Notes under the pieces: generated by a model
What the model saw: only the letters and a program-made list of their open reading frames with translations
What the model was told of the DNA's origin: nothing
Database searches by the model: none
Shown here: piece by piece, positions 54,603 to 64,000 of the stretch
How positions within the stretch are numbered: the stretch's first letter is position 1
How the letters are laid out: each line of letters opens with the position of its first letter
Position numbers and translations under genes: made by a program
Assembly: GCA_903884535.1 (NCBI GenBank)
Contig: CAISEZ010000018.1
Coordinates: 9,482 to 73,481, forward strand
Length of the DNA stretch: 64,000 nt
Reading direction: 5' to 3'
DNA from: an uncultured Verrucomicrobia subdivision 3 bacterium
Lineage (GTDB): Bacteria; Verrucomicrobiota; Verrucomicrobiia; Limisphaerales; UBA11358

Positions 54603-55736
54603 ATGGATACATCGCCCAATCCGCCGGAATTTATTCCGCCGCCGATCCTCACCGCGCCCGCCCCCAAGCCGCGCAAGAGTCGGGGCTGGATGATCGCCTC
54701 GATCATTTTAATTGTGCTGCTAGCCATCAGTCTGTTCGGCAATCTCACGCAATTTGTCATGCAGACGCTGTCGCTCAACCACGTGTTTCATTCCGACACC
54801 TTCGGCACGGCGCGCGAAGTCGGCCCGCGCCTGGAAGAAGTTTTTCTGGAAAACAACAAATCCGAAAATAAAATCGCGGTCATCACCATTGACGGCATCA
54901 TCACCGGTCATGGCATGGACGGCGAAGACACCGATCCAGTGGCGGTAATCCAGGCGCAGCTCGACCGCGCTTCCGACGACAAAAACGTCAAGGCGGTGCT
55001 CTTGAAAATGGATTCGCCCGGCGGCGAAGTGCTGGCGTCGGACCAGATTTACCGCGCCATCCGCGATTTTGAAGACACATCAAAAAAACCGGTGGTCTGC
55101 TCGATGGGCAATCTGGCCGCGTCCGGCGGATATTATATTTCATCCGGCTGCCGCTGGATTGTGGCGAACGAACTGACGCTCACCGGCAGCATCGGCGTGA
55201 TCATGCACGGCTACAATTATCGCGGCTTGATGGACAAGTTCGGCATCGTCCCGACGACCTACAAAAGCGGTTTGTATAAAGACATGCTCAGCCCCGACCG
55301 CAGCACCAATGAAATCCCCGCCGGCGAACACAAAATGGTGCAGGACTTGATTGACGAGACCTACCAGAAATTCAAAGGCGTCGTCGCCGACGGCCGCGGC
55401 GCGGCGCACACCGCGAACAAAAAGGAAGGCAAGGCGCTCGCGGACAACTGGCAGGAATTCGCCGATGGCCGCGTGGTTTCCGGCAAGCAAGCACTCGACC
55501 TCGGCCTGGTGGATGAACTGGGCGATTTTGAAGACGCCGTGGACCGCGCGGAAAAAATCGCGGGACTCAAGGATTCCAACCTCATCGAATATCGCCAGCA
55601 CTACGACATCACCGATTTCCTTTCGATGTTCGGCCAGAGCAGCAAGGCGCACGACATCAAATTCGATCTCGGCATTGATGTGCCGAAACTGCACGCCGGC
55701 TATCTCTACTACCTGGCCCCGACGTTTGTGAACTGA
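54603..55736 (+). CDS. sppA: signal peptide peptidase SppA (36K type)
   Basis: 377 aa with an N-terminal TM segment. Motifs are GNLAASGGYYIS and a ClpP/crotonase-like fold. Confidence 0.9.
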   Translation: MDTSPNPPEFIPPPILTAPAPKPRKSRGWMIASIILIVLLAISLFGNLTQFVMQTLSLNHVFHSDTFGTAREVGPRLEEVFLENNKSENKIAVITIDGIITGHGMDGEDTDPVAVIQAQLDRASDDKNVKAVLLKMDSPGGEVLASDQIYRAIRDFEDTSKKPVVCSMGNLAASGGYYISSGCRWIVANELTLTGSIGVIMHGYNYRGLMDKFGIVPTTYKSGLYKDMLSPDRSTNEIPAGEHKMVQDLIDETYQKFKGVVADGRGAAHTANKKEGKALADNWQEFADGRVVSGKQALDLGLVDELGDFEDAVDRAEKIAGLKDSNLIEYRQHYDITDFLSMFGQSSKAHDIKFDLGIDVPKLHAGYLYYLAPTFVN

Positions 55737-56359
55737 TGAAGCACGTCACGGTCATCGCGCATCCGCTGGTGCAGCACAACCTCGCGCGGCTGCGCGACCG
55801 GGCGACGGAACCGCAGGTGTTCCGCCGGTTGCTCGGTGAAATCGCCGCGCTGATGACCTACGAGGCGACGCGGTCGTTTGCCGTGAAAAAAATTTCCGTC
55901 CGCACGCCGCTCGCGCCTGCGGCTGGTTTCAAACTCGAACGCGAAGTGGCGCTGGTGCCCATTTTGCGCGCGGGGCTGGGCATGTTGAATCCGCTGCTCG
56001 AACTCATACCGCACGCGCGCGTCGGCTTCATCGGACTCAAGCGCGAGGAAGCCACGCTGCGGGCGCATTTTTACCACCAGAGTTTGCCGAAAAATCTCGG
56101 CCGGTTTGAGATCATCCTGATTGACCCGATGCTCGCCACCGGCGGCAGCGCCGTGGCCGCGCTCGAACTGCTCACGAAACAGGGCGCGAAAAAAATCCGG
56201 CTCGTCAGCCTGGTCGCCGCGCCGGAAGGCATCCGCAAAGTGCGTAAACACTTTCCCATGCTGCCGATTTTCACCGCCGCCGTTGATAAAAAATTAAATG
56301 AAAAAGGTTTCATCCTGCCCGGTCTCGGCGATGCCGGCGACCGGCTGTTTGGAACATAA
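55736..56359 (+). CDS. upp: uracil phosphoribosyltransferase
   Basis: 207 aa. It has the PRPP site ILIDPMLATGGS and a C-terminal GLGDAGDRLFGT. Confidence 0.95.
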   Translation: MKHVTVIAHPLVQHNLARLRDRATEPQVFRRLLGEIAALMTYEATRSFAVKKISVRTPLAPAAGFKLEREVALVPILRAGLGMLNPLLELIPHARVGFIGLKREEATLRAHFYHQSLPKNLGRFEIILIDPMLATGGSAVAALELLTKQGAKKIRLVSLVAAPEGIRKVRKHFPMLPIFTAAVDKKLNEKGFILPGLGDAGDRLFGT

Positions 56360-56425
56360 TGGGCGGCGCGGCAGCACCGCCCTACCGAGAATGCTAGGAA
56401 CACGCCGCCGCGCGTCCGAAATCAA

Positions 56426-57556
56426 ATGAAATCTGAAACCCTGCTGATGTTCGCCGACAGCGAAAGCGACGCGAACATGCTTTACGCCACCGGCCTGTTC
56501 GTGCCCGACCCGTTTGTCTATCTTGATTTCGGCCGCCGGCCCACGCTGGTGATGAGCGACCTTGAAGTGGACCGCGCCCGCGCCCAGGCACCGGATTGCG
56601 ACATCCTTTCGCTCTCAGAAATCCAGCAGCAGCTCCGCGCCAACGGCGTCAAATTCCCACGCTCGGCCGAAGTCATCCGCGAATTGTTGCGCGGCAAAAA
56701 AATCCGCCACGTCACCGTGCCGGAAAATTTCCCGCTCGGCCTCGCGCGCGACCTGGAGAAGCTTGGCGTTGGCGTCAAGCCCCGCGCCGGCACTTTTTTT
56801 GCGGAACGCGAAATCAAGTCCGCCGCCGAGGTGAAAAAAATCTCTGCCGCGCTGATGATGGCCGAGGTCGGCATGGCCGAGGCGATGCAGGTGCTGCGCT
56901 TGTCCAAGATCGGTGCCGGCCGACGGTTGAACTACCGCAATGCGCCGCTGACGGCCGAGCGATTGCGCGGCGTGATTGACACGGCCATTTTGCACGCCGG
57001 CGGACTCGCAGCCAACACCATCGTCGCCGGCGGCAGGCAGGGCTGCGATCCGCACGAACGCGGCTTCGGGCCGCTCCGCGCGCACGAGCCGATCATCATT
57101 GATATTTTTCCGCATTCGCAGGCCACCGGTTACTTTGGCGACATCACGCGGACCGTGGTGCGCGGTCGCGCCAGCGAGGCAGTGCAAAAAATTTACGAGA
57201 CCGTCAAGCACGGACAAAAAATTGCTTTCACCAAAGTCCGCGCCGGGGCTTCGACCAGCGCCGTGCACCGCGCGGTGCAAATTTATTTTGAGCAGCAGGG
57301 TTTTGCCACCGGCAAACACAACGGCCGGATGCAGGGGTTTTTTCACGGCACCGGCCACGGCCTCGGCCTGGAGATCCACGAAGCGCCGCGCCTGGGCGCC
57401 ACGTCCATCGGCGAACTAAAAACCGGCCAAGTCGTCACCGTCGAGCCAGGACTTTATTATCCAGAAATCGGCGGCGTGCGGCTGGAAGACGTGGTGCTCG
57501 TCACGCCGACCGGCAATAAAAATCTCACCAAGTTTGAAAAGGTGCTGGAACTTTGA
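56426..57556 (+). CDS. M24 family Xaa-Pro aminopeptidase
   Basis: 376 aa. It has HGTGHGLGLEIHE and VEPGLY..G.GGVRLED. Confidence 0.9.
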   Translation: MKSETLLMFADSESDANMLYATGLFVPDPFVYLDFGRRPTLVMSDLEVDRARAQAPDCDILSLSEIQQQLRANGVKFPRSAEVIRELLRGKKIRHVTVPENFPLGLARDLEKLGVGVKPRAGTFFAEREIKSAAEVKKISAALMMAEVGMAEAMQVLRLSKIGAGRRLNYRNAPLTAERLRGVIDTAILHAGGLAANTIVAGGRQGCDPHERGFGPLRAHEPIIIDIFPHSQATGYFGDITRTVVRGRASEAVQKIYETVKHGQKIAFTKVRAGASTSAVHRAVQIYFEQQGFATGKHNGRMQGFFHGTGHGLGLEIHEAPRLGATSIGELKTGQVVTVEPGLYYPEIGGVRLEDVVLVTPTGNKNLTKFEKVLEL

Positions 57557-57562
57557 ACAAGA

Positions 57563-60229
57563 TTATTGCAACAGAAGCGTGCGGTAAAACTGCGAAACAC
57601 CGCCTGGCGAATTGGTTGAACTGAAAGTCCCATTCACCGGATTGTTCGTGCTGACATTGAACCAATCAACGAGGTTCGAGGACGATTGAAGGGCGTAGGC
57701 ACGACCGTCGCCACCAGTGAAATTCACGATCGCCTGACCGTTACTCAAGGTTACTGAACCGCTGGAATCCGCGCGCAGCAAGGACAACAACTGGCTGGGA
57801 ATGATTTCATACGCTTCATCACTGATGCCCGACTGCTGTTGCAGCGAGTCTGTCCAATCCAGAAACGGCGATTGTTCGGTTAATTGTTGCGTCGCCAGAA
57901 TGTCGCCCACATCGCCGAATATCTGGCCGGGAAAACCGGCGCGTGTGGCTTGAATGGCATTGGCAATGACCGCTGCTTGCGGGGAATTTGACGAAATTAA
58001 AACGGGATATAAACCGGTTGATCCGGAATTGGTCCAGGCCGTCAAACCGTCCAGCAGCACGAGCCAGGCATTGGGATCGGGATTGTTCACCGAAGCCGTT
58101 TGCTGGACGGGATTGGTGTTCAACAACGAAGTCAGCAGGCTGGCCAGATGCCAGTCTTGGGCGGGAGCTTCATTGCTGGCATCCATGGCATTGGCATTAC
58201 CCGTCCAATTCGTCCATACCGCAACATTGTTACTGGCTAAAATATCGCCTGCTTTGAGATAAACCGTTTGCCAAGGCGTGCCGCGATGAACCCGGCCAAT
58301 CCAGTTGAAAGTGGAAAATGGATTCGTTGGAAAATCCCAGTTGTCGGATTGCGTCATCAACGGGTCGCGCTCGGCGAGATTGTAAAGGTTTGGGTCAGAC
58401 TGAATCGTTTGTCCCATACTTTGAATATGCGGATTGCCACCCCACGGCAGGTAATGGTCATTCAAGCTACCGAGGTTTAGGTTCGTCAAAGCGGACATCA
58501 GCGTATCCGCGTTGTAGTGATTCACTCCTGGTGCCGGGGTTGTTAAAAAATTGGGTGAAGACCCAAAATCCACGTCGCTGGCCAGATAATGCACCATTGG
58601 GTCGTTGGCCTGCCATGTAATGTATTGCACCACCGAGCGGGTCGGCGAATATGGTGCTACTTCACTTAATAGCGTATTGACGTAATTATTATATTTATTG
58701 CCGGGCTTGAAAAACGCGGTGAACGTATTTGCCTGGGCTGGGATGGTTGCGCCCAGCGTTCTTGCGTCGGGATCAGACTGCCATTTGCCATCCTCGCCGG
58801 GCGGAGCGAAGCCGCCTTTGGACGTGATAAATTGATTATAAATTCCGTAGGTCAGCCCGGCGGGTGAAACGTTCAAATAATTATTGGTATTCCAAACGCC
58901 CTGATTATTATTGTCGAAGTTGTTGTTCGTGCTGCTGCCATCGGCCAGATTTGAATTCACAATGAGGCTGCTGTTGGGCCCGGCGAACTGAACATAATCA
59001 ATGACGCGGTAAACGCCATTGGTATCCAAATCCAACATGAAAACCCGCAGGTGGTTGGTCAACAACAAACCAAACTGGGGAAAGTGAAAGCCATTTGGTG
59101 AGGGCGATTCAAACAACACTGGCCAGCCTCCTATGCTTCCAAAATAATTTGTCGGAATTAAACAAGGCGCCGTCAAACCGGCCAGAGCCAACGGACCGGC
59201 GTAAGGTGACCGATAGACCGAATTTGTCAGCATGATCATCGTCACATTCAACGGCAGCACGAAAGAATTGGGATTGGGATTGGCAGAACTCGCAGTCCAA
59301 TACACACCTGACCCGGGCCAGAAATTGGTGGCGAATACAATGTTGGTTGAATAGCCAATGGGAAAGATGGTCGTGGTGCCCAAGGGATGTGAATTAAAAC
59401 CTGGATCGTCGTTGGTAATCGTCAGCGAAGCTTTTTCACTCAAGCCAACTACCACCGTGCCCAAATAATTATTGCTATAAGAATTCCACAGTTCCACGCC
59501 AATCGAGCTGCTCAAATTCATCAAATACATCTGATTGGTGGCGAAGGTTGAGAAGTCCACGCTATACAGTGAATTGGTGGCGGTCCGGGTGAATTGCAGC
59601 CGGCGCTGGATGGCCAGATTGTTGACCATCGAAAATTCGTTGAAGTTCGGCAAGCCCTTTTTCGCACCGATGATCCACGGGACGCCGTAAATGTTGTCTG
59701 GCGCGTTACTGATGACACCAGGCAAGGCGGCAATGGTTGTTACATCAAATGGCGGGGAAAGCTGAAGATTGCCCGAGCCGTCCGTGAACGGAACGATGTT
59801 GGTGTAGCCGGTGATAAAAACATTGCCGTTGGTGTCTTTGCTGAAGAGCGGACGGAACACGGACGGATAAGGCGAATCGGTGGTGGCGTCAAAAACATTG
59901 GCCGCCAGTTGCAACAGCCGGTTCACCGCCGGTGAATAAACAAACACGCCGTTGATGAACACCGGAATGTTGGTCAGAGAAAATGCGTTGGTCGTCAGCG
60001 TCCCGAAGGTGTTGGTGTAGCCGGCGAAATTTTGCGCGCACCATTGCGCCGTGGAAGATCGCAACATCGGGTCGGCGGTGCCGGTGAAAAAAGCCAGCGG
60101 GTCTTGCAGATTGAAAGTCGGCGCGGCGTGGGCGAATGCCGACATCATCGCGCAGCCGGCCAGCAATCTTTTGCAGCCGCGGAACCGTGGCCACCTTGTT
60201 TGCCACATTGGTCCTTTGGCTCCGGTCAT
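57563..60229 (-). CDS. large secreted protein of unknown function with an F(Y)R C-terminal module
   Basis: 888 aa. It has a signal-like N-terminus (..LLAGCAMMSAFAHA), is N/S/T-rich, and ends ..VSQFYRTLLLQ. I recognise no family. Confidence 0.6.
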   Translation of the reverse strand: MTGAKGPMWQTRWPRFRGCKRLLAGCAMMSAFAHAAPTFNLQDPLAFFTGTADPMLRSSTAQWCAQNFAGYTNTFGTLTTNAFSLTNIPVFINGVFVYSPAVNRLLQLAANVFDATTDSPYPSVFRPLFSKDTNGNVFITGYTNIVPFTDGSGNLQLSPPFDVTTIAALPGVISNAPDNIYGVPWIIGAKKGLPNFNEFSMVNNLAIQRRLQFTRTATNSLYSVDFSTFATNQMYLMNLSSSIGVELWNSYSNNYLGTVVVGLSEKASLTITNDDPGFNSHPLGTTTIFPIGYSTNIVFATNFWPGSGVYWTASSANPNPNSFVLPLNVTMIMLTNSVYRSPYAGPLALAGLTAPCLIPTNYFGSIGGWPVLFESPSPNGFHFPQFGLLLTNHLRVFMLDLDTNGVYRVIDYVQFAGPNSSLIVNSNLADGSSTNNNFDNNNQGVWNTNNYLNVSPAGLTYGIYNQFITSKGGFAPPGEDGKWQSDPDARTLGATIPAQANTFTAFFKPGNKYNNYVNTLLSEVAPYSPTRSVVQYITWQANDPMVHYLASDVDFGSSPNFLTTPAPGVNHYNADTLMSALTNLNLGSLNDHYLPWGGNPHIQSMGQTIQSDPNLYNLAERDPLMTQSDNWDFPTNPFSTFNWIGRVHRGTPWQTVYLKAGDILASNNVAVWTNWTGNANAMDASNEAPAQDWHLASLLTSLLNTNPVQQTASVNNPDPNAWLVLLDGLTAWTNSGSTGLYPVLISSNSPQAAVIANAIQATRAGFPGQIFGDVGDILATQQLTEQSPFLDWTDSLQQQSGISDEAYEIIPSQLLSLLRADSSGSVTLSNGQAIVNFTGGDGRAYALQSSSNLVDWFNVSTNNPVNGTFSSTNSPGGVSQFYRTLLLQ

Positions 60230-60314
60230 GAAATCAACTTAAACCTGGAATGATTCTATTTCGAGCTATTTAACCGCAGCCCTGTTTATGAAAAATGGAG
60301 CACTGGCGCCGAAG

Positions 60315-61706
60315 TCATTTCGCAATACTCCGGTGACAGATCAGCCAGCCGAAGCCGTTGAGGTGGAAGTTTGGCAGCGTGATGTCCACCGGATTGGCCC
60401 AGCCGGAGATTTTCACCGGCTCAAAATCGCCAGCCTGTGCCACCTCCACCGAGCCGGTCACGGCGCGGCTCGAGAAGTTGATCAAAACCAGATATTCATC
60501 CTTCGCGTCCCGGCGCACAAAGCTGACCACTTCGGATGGAGCCGTGTTGGTCAGCCAGTCCACGTCGTCGCTGATAAACGCGGCGTGCTGCTTGCGCAGT
60601 TTGATGAGATCGCGGTAAATGTCCCGCAGCGGCGGACGGCCGCCCGGGTGCCAGAACACCGGCATCTTTTCAAACAGCGCCGGATCGGCAGATTCGGTGG
60701 AATCGCCGACCTCCATGCCATTGTAAATGAGCGGCACGCCGTCGAGCGTCATCATCAGCACTTGGGCAGCCAGCGCGCCGTCCAAACCGAAGCGCACCGT
60801 GGCGCGGGTTTCGTTGTGGTAATCAGTGTAGCGCAAATGCAATGCGCCTTTGGCAAACTGTTGCTGCGTATGTTCCCATGAATTTTGAAGATTGACGGCG
60901 GGGGATTCGCTGGTCATGACCTGGTTCAGCGTGGAGTAAAGATTCCCGGAATAATCCATGTCAAACGCTTTGGACAGCAGCGTCGGCTTGGCTCCTGAGT
61001 CAGTGATGATGACGACTTGGGAATAGGCCTGCTCCAGTTCCGTCCGGGCGGCTTCCCAAAAATCAACCGGCACCGTGAAGGCCGTGTCGCAGCGGAACCC
61101 GTCCACGCCGAACTCCCGCAGCCAGTATTTCATCATGTCAATCATGTAGCGCCGCAGTTCGGGATTGGCATAATTCAGTTCGGCCACATCGCTCCAGCCG
61201 GGATAGGGCGGATGAATTTTTCCATTCACGTCTTTTTGGTAAAAATCCGGATGGGCCATCATCACGCTGTCCCAGGAAGTATGCCCGGCCACGATGTCCA
61301 TGATTACTTTCATGCCGCGCTGATGCGCTTCGGCAATCAAACGCTTGAAATCGTTGGTGGTGCCGAAGTCCGGGTTGATGGCGTAAAAGTCACGCACGCA
61401 ATACGGGCTGCCGAGGGCGCCTTTCTTCAACTGCTCGCCCTGCGGATGAATCGGCATGAGCCAGAGAATGTCCACGCCCAGATCTTTCAGATTATCCAGC
61501 CGGGCGGTGATCCCGTTGAAATCGCCGGACGGAGAAAAATTGCGGGTAAAAATTTCATACATCACCCCGCTCCGCAGCCAGTCGGGAGATTTGCGAGTGA
61601 CGGCATTGGTAGCCTCCGGTTCGGCACCGGGCGTGGAGGTGATGGCCAGCCAGCCAATGAAAACGGTGGTCAACAAACAGCGGAGGGATGAATTAATTGT
61701 GTTCAT
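60315..61706 (-). CDS. GH13 alpha-amylase family protein
   Basis: 463 aa with a signal peptide. Motifs are DIVAGH, GFRCDTA and a YTDYHNE region. Confidence 0.85.
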   Translation of the reverse strand: MNTINSSLRCLLTTVFIGWLAITSTPGAEPEATNAVTRKSPDWLRSGVMYEIFTRNFSPSGDFNGITARLDNLKDLGVDILWLMPIHPQGEQLKKGALGSPYCVRDFYAINPDFGTTNDFKRLIAEAHQRGMKVIMDIVAGHTSWDSVMMAHPDFYQKDVNGKIHPPYPGWSDVAELNYANPELRRYMIDMMKYWLREFGVDGFRCDTAFTVPVDFWEAARTELEQAYSQVVIITDSGAKPTLLSKAFDMDYSGNLYSTLNQVMTSESPAVNLQNSWEHTQQQFAKGALHLRYTDYHNETRATVRFGLDGALAAQVLMMTLDGVPLIYNGMEVGDSTESADPALFEKMPVFWHPGGRPPLRDIYRDLIKLRKQHAAFISDDVDWLTNTAPSEVVSFVRRDAKDEYLVLINFSSRAVTGSVEVAQAGDFEPVKISGWANPVDITLPNFHLNGFGWLICHRSIAK

Positions 61707-61979
61707 GACATTTGAGAACTGAACTTAATTAGGCCTTGTCGTTCGACTCTACCGGATTGCCCCCGATAATGCAATCAAATTCAACCGGCGGCGGCCTCGT
61801 TTCCAAAACTCTCCAATTCTCAAACGGCAGAGCCTTTTGGACTTAGGCATTGCGTTATTTCCGATAAACGCGTAAAAACCAGTTTAACCAGTTAATTAGA
61901 CCCGCCCGGCGAATATCGTCCATCGAATCATTTATTGGAATGGAAAGGCCGGCCAAATAATGCCAGAACTTTTGTCGAA

Positions 61980-62138
61980 ATGAAATTCAAACTCGGCAAA
62001 TGGTTGTTTCCAAAACTGCCGCCCGATTTGCGGCGGCGGAAGATGGCCACGATATATCTCACTGTTGCCGCCATCATCGTGATCGGCGCAGTGGTTGCGC
62101 TCGTCATCAAACTCATGTCCACCGTTCACACGCGCTGA
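61980..62138 (+). CDS. possible small single-pass membrane protein
   Basis: 52 aa from ATG 61980. It has a basic stretch (RRRK) followed by a TM segment (IYLTVAAIIVIGAVVALVI). There is no homology support. Confidence 0.3.
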   Translation: MKFKLGKWLFPKLPPDLRRRKMATIYLTVAAIIVIGAVVALVIKLMSTVHTR

Positions 62139-62142
62139 AATT

Positions 62143-64000
62143 TCACGCCGCGCGTAATTTCAGCAGCAGGTCTTTGCTCTCCACCGCATCGCTGACGCGC
62201 ACGCACACTTCGTCCACCACGCCGTCGCATGGCGCATAAATCGTCGTCTGCATTTTCATCGCTTCGAGCGTCAGCAACTTATCGCCTTTCGTCACCTTCG
62301 CGCCGACGCTGACGGAAACCACCGTGACCAAGCCGGGAATCGGCGCACCGACTTCGTTGGCTTTGGCCGGGTCGGCTTTGACGCGCGCCTTCACCGTCGG
62401 CTTCACGGATTTGTCCACGATGGCCAGCTGGCGCGTCATGCCGTTCAATTCAAAATTCACCGCGCGTTTGCCCTCGGCATCCACCGCGCCGATGTTCACC
62501 AGCCGGATGAACAGCGTTTTGCCCGGCTCGATTTCCACGGAAATTTCCTGGCCGGCTTTCATGCCGTAGAAAAATGCCGGCGTCGGCAGCACGGATAAAT
62601 CACCATGCTCGCGGATGTATTTCGCAAATTCGGCAAACACTTCGGGATACATAATGTGGCTGAACACATCGTCCATCGTCGCGTCGCGCTTCAACTTCAT
62701 CGCGAGTTCCTCTTCCAGCTTTTTGAAATTGAGCGGCTTCAGCCCTTTGCCCGGACGGCCGGTCACCGGCTTGCGTTTGCCGAGCACAACGCTCTGCAAT
62801 TTTTTCGGCCAGCCGCCCATCGGTTGGCCGAGTCCGCCCGCGAGCATATCAATCACCGATTCCGGAAACGGCGTGCTGTCCGGTTCCAGATTCAAAACGT
62901 CCGCCGGCTTGATGCCGCGTGTTATCAAAAACATCGTCATGTCGCCGACGACCTTGCTGCTCGGCGTAACTTTGACAATGTCGCCGAACAGTTGATTTAC
63001 TTCCGCGTAAGTGCGCGCGATTTCCGGCCAGCGGCTCGCGAGGCCCATCGCGGATGCCTGCTCCTTGAGATTGGTGAATTGTCCGCCCGGCATTTCGTGC
63101 AAAAACACTTCCGCGCTGCCGGCTTTCGGCGACGTGTCGAACGGCGAATAAAAAGTCCGCACATTCTCCCAATAATCCGCGAGTTCGTTCAGCGCATTCA
63201 AATCCAAACCGGTATCACGCTTGGTGAATTGCAGCGCGGCAACGACGGAATTCAGATTGGGCTGACTGGTTGACCCGCTCATTGAAGCGATCGCCAAGTC
63301 GGCAATGTCCACGCCGGCTTCGGCGGCAGACAAAACTGATGCGGCGGAAATGCCGCTGGTGTCGTGCGTGTGAAAATGAATCGGAATCCCGATCTCTGAC
63401 TTTAGTGCTTTCACTAAAACTTGCGCCGCCGCTGGCTTGCACAGGCCGGCCATGTCCTTGATCGCAAGAATGTGCGCGCCCATTTTTTCCAATTTCTTCG
63501 CGAGCTTGACGTAATATTTCAACGAATATTTATCGCGCGAGGGATCAAGAATATTTCCAGTGTAACAAATCGCTGCTTCACAAATGCCGTGCGTTTCGTT
63601 GACGGTGTCCATCGCCACTTCGAGGTTCGGCAAATAATTCAGCGAGTCAAATACGCGGAAAATATCCATGCCCGCCTCCGCCGCGTATTTCACAAAACCG
63701 GCGACGGCGTTGTCGGGATAATTGGAATAGCCGACCGCGTTCGAGCCGCGAAAGAGCATCTGGAAACAAATGTTGGGAATGCGCTCGCGCAAGGCACGCA
63801 GCCGCAGCCACGGATCTTCGTGCAAAAAGCGCAGCGCGGTATCGAAGGTTGCCCCGCCCCACATCTCCATCGAGTAAAGATTCGGCGTGCGCCGCGCCAC
63901 GGCATCCGCCACGGCAAGCATGTCGTAAGTCCGCAGGCGCGTGGCAAAGAGCGATTGATGCGCGTCGCGAAATGTCGTGTCGGTGACGAGCAATTGCTTT
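62143..64000 (-). CDS. pyc: pyruvate carboxylase (carboxyltransferase + biotinyl domains; N-terminal part outside window)
   Basis: The frame is open to the window end. It has TDTTFRDAHQSL and a C-terminal biotinylation motif EAMKMQT. Confidence 0.85.
   Translation of the reverse strand, partial: KQLLVTDTTFRDAHQSLFATRLRTYDMLAVADAVARRTPNLYSMEMWGGATFDTALRFLHEDPWLRLRALRERIPNICFQMLFRGSNAVGYSNYPDNAVAGFVKYAAEAGMDIFRVFDSLNYLPNLEVAMDTVNETHGICEAAICYTGNILDPSRDKYSLKYYVKLAKKLEKMGAHILAIKDMAGLCKPAAAQVLVKALKSEIGIPIHFHTHDTSGISAASVLSAAEAGVDIADLAIASMSGSTSQPNLNSVVAALQFTKRDTGLDLNALNELADYWENVRTFYSPFDTSPKAGSAEVFLHEMPGGQFTNLKEQASAMGLASRWPEIARTYAEVNQLFGDIVKVTPSSKVVGDMTMFLITRGIKPADVLNLEPDSTPFPESVIDMLAGGLGQPMGGWPKKLQSVVLGKRKPVTGRPGKGLKPLNFKKLEEELAMKLKRDATMDDVFSHIMYPEVFAEFAKYIREHGDLSVLPTPAFFYGMKAGQEISVEIEPGKTLFIRLVNIGAVDAEGKRAVNFELNGMTRQLAIVDKSVKPTVKARVKADPAKANEVGAPIPGLVTVVSVSVGAKVTKGDKLLTLEAMKMQTTIYAPCDGVVDEVCVRVSDAVESKDLLLKLRAA

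Noticed and set aside
61730-61770. A GTTCGACTC stretch resembling a tRNA T-arm in the 273-nt region upstream of the GH13 gene.
   Set aside because: No acceptor stem, anticodon arm or complementary T-stem could be built around it.

Overview
High-GC bacterial chromosomal segment with about 55 protein-coding genes. I could not recognise any rRNA, tRNA, CRISPR array, transposase, integrase or reverse transcriptase. Several traits suggest a PVC-superphylum, Verrucomicrobiota-like organism, but this is inference only: a fused CcoN-CcoO cbb3 oxidase, PEP-CTERM tails, a DUF2723/TPR membrane protein, mostly absent Shine-Dalgarno sequences, and F(Y/F)R C-terminal modules.

Layout:
(i) 1-9.7 kb: a same-strand tandem array of seven paralogous secreted NC(Y)G-repeat, beta-helix-like proteins. 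Two are disrupted by frameshifts. The array also holds a DUF4412-like protein and a GW-repeat/Cys-module protein.
(ii) 9.8-16.2 kb: an RsmB-like methyltransferase, an M16 peptidase, Rex, and an AT-rich islet carrying a Cys-rich PEP-CTERM-type protein.
(iii) 16.3-25.8 kb: a complete cbb3 oxidase cluster, ccoI-ccoS-OMP-ccoNO-ccoQ-ccoP-ccoG-ccoH-tauE-like.
(iv) 25.9-32.8 kb: a minus-strand sugar block (GH-like, AraA-like isomerase, RbsD/FucU, PGM/PMM), two tandem canonical C-type lectins, and rpe.
(v) 32.9-42.6 kb: a hybrid histidine kinase, rpsT, a GT2, a methyltransferase, and an ECF sigma / putative anti-sigma / DUF2723-TPR module.
(vi) 42.7-49.1 kb: grpE-dnaJ, rsmE, a PEP-CTERM protein, a cupin and clpB.
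(vii) 49.2-64 kb: GH2, MFS, aldo-keto reductase, sppA, upp, an M24 peptidase, an 888-aa orphan secreted protein, GH13, and partial pyruvate carboxylase.

The most unusual signal is a set of short heptanucleotide tandem repeats that encode the hydrophobic cores of the signal peptides in the paralog array. One paralog is out of frame by exactly one heptamer relative to its sister gene, which is the signature expected of slipped-strand phase variation. Related heptamer tracts also sit in frame inside ccoI and the PGM-family gene.

All functional calls come from reading the translated ORFs against remembered family motifs. No database search was run.
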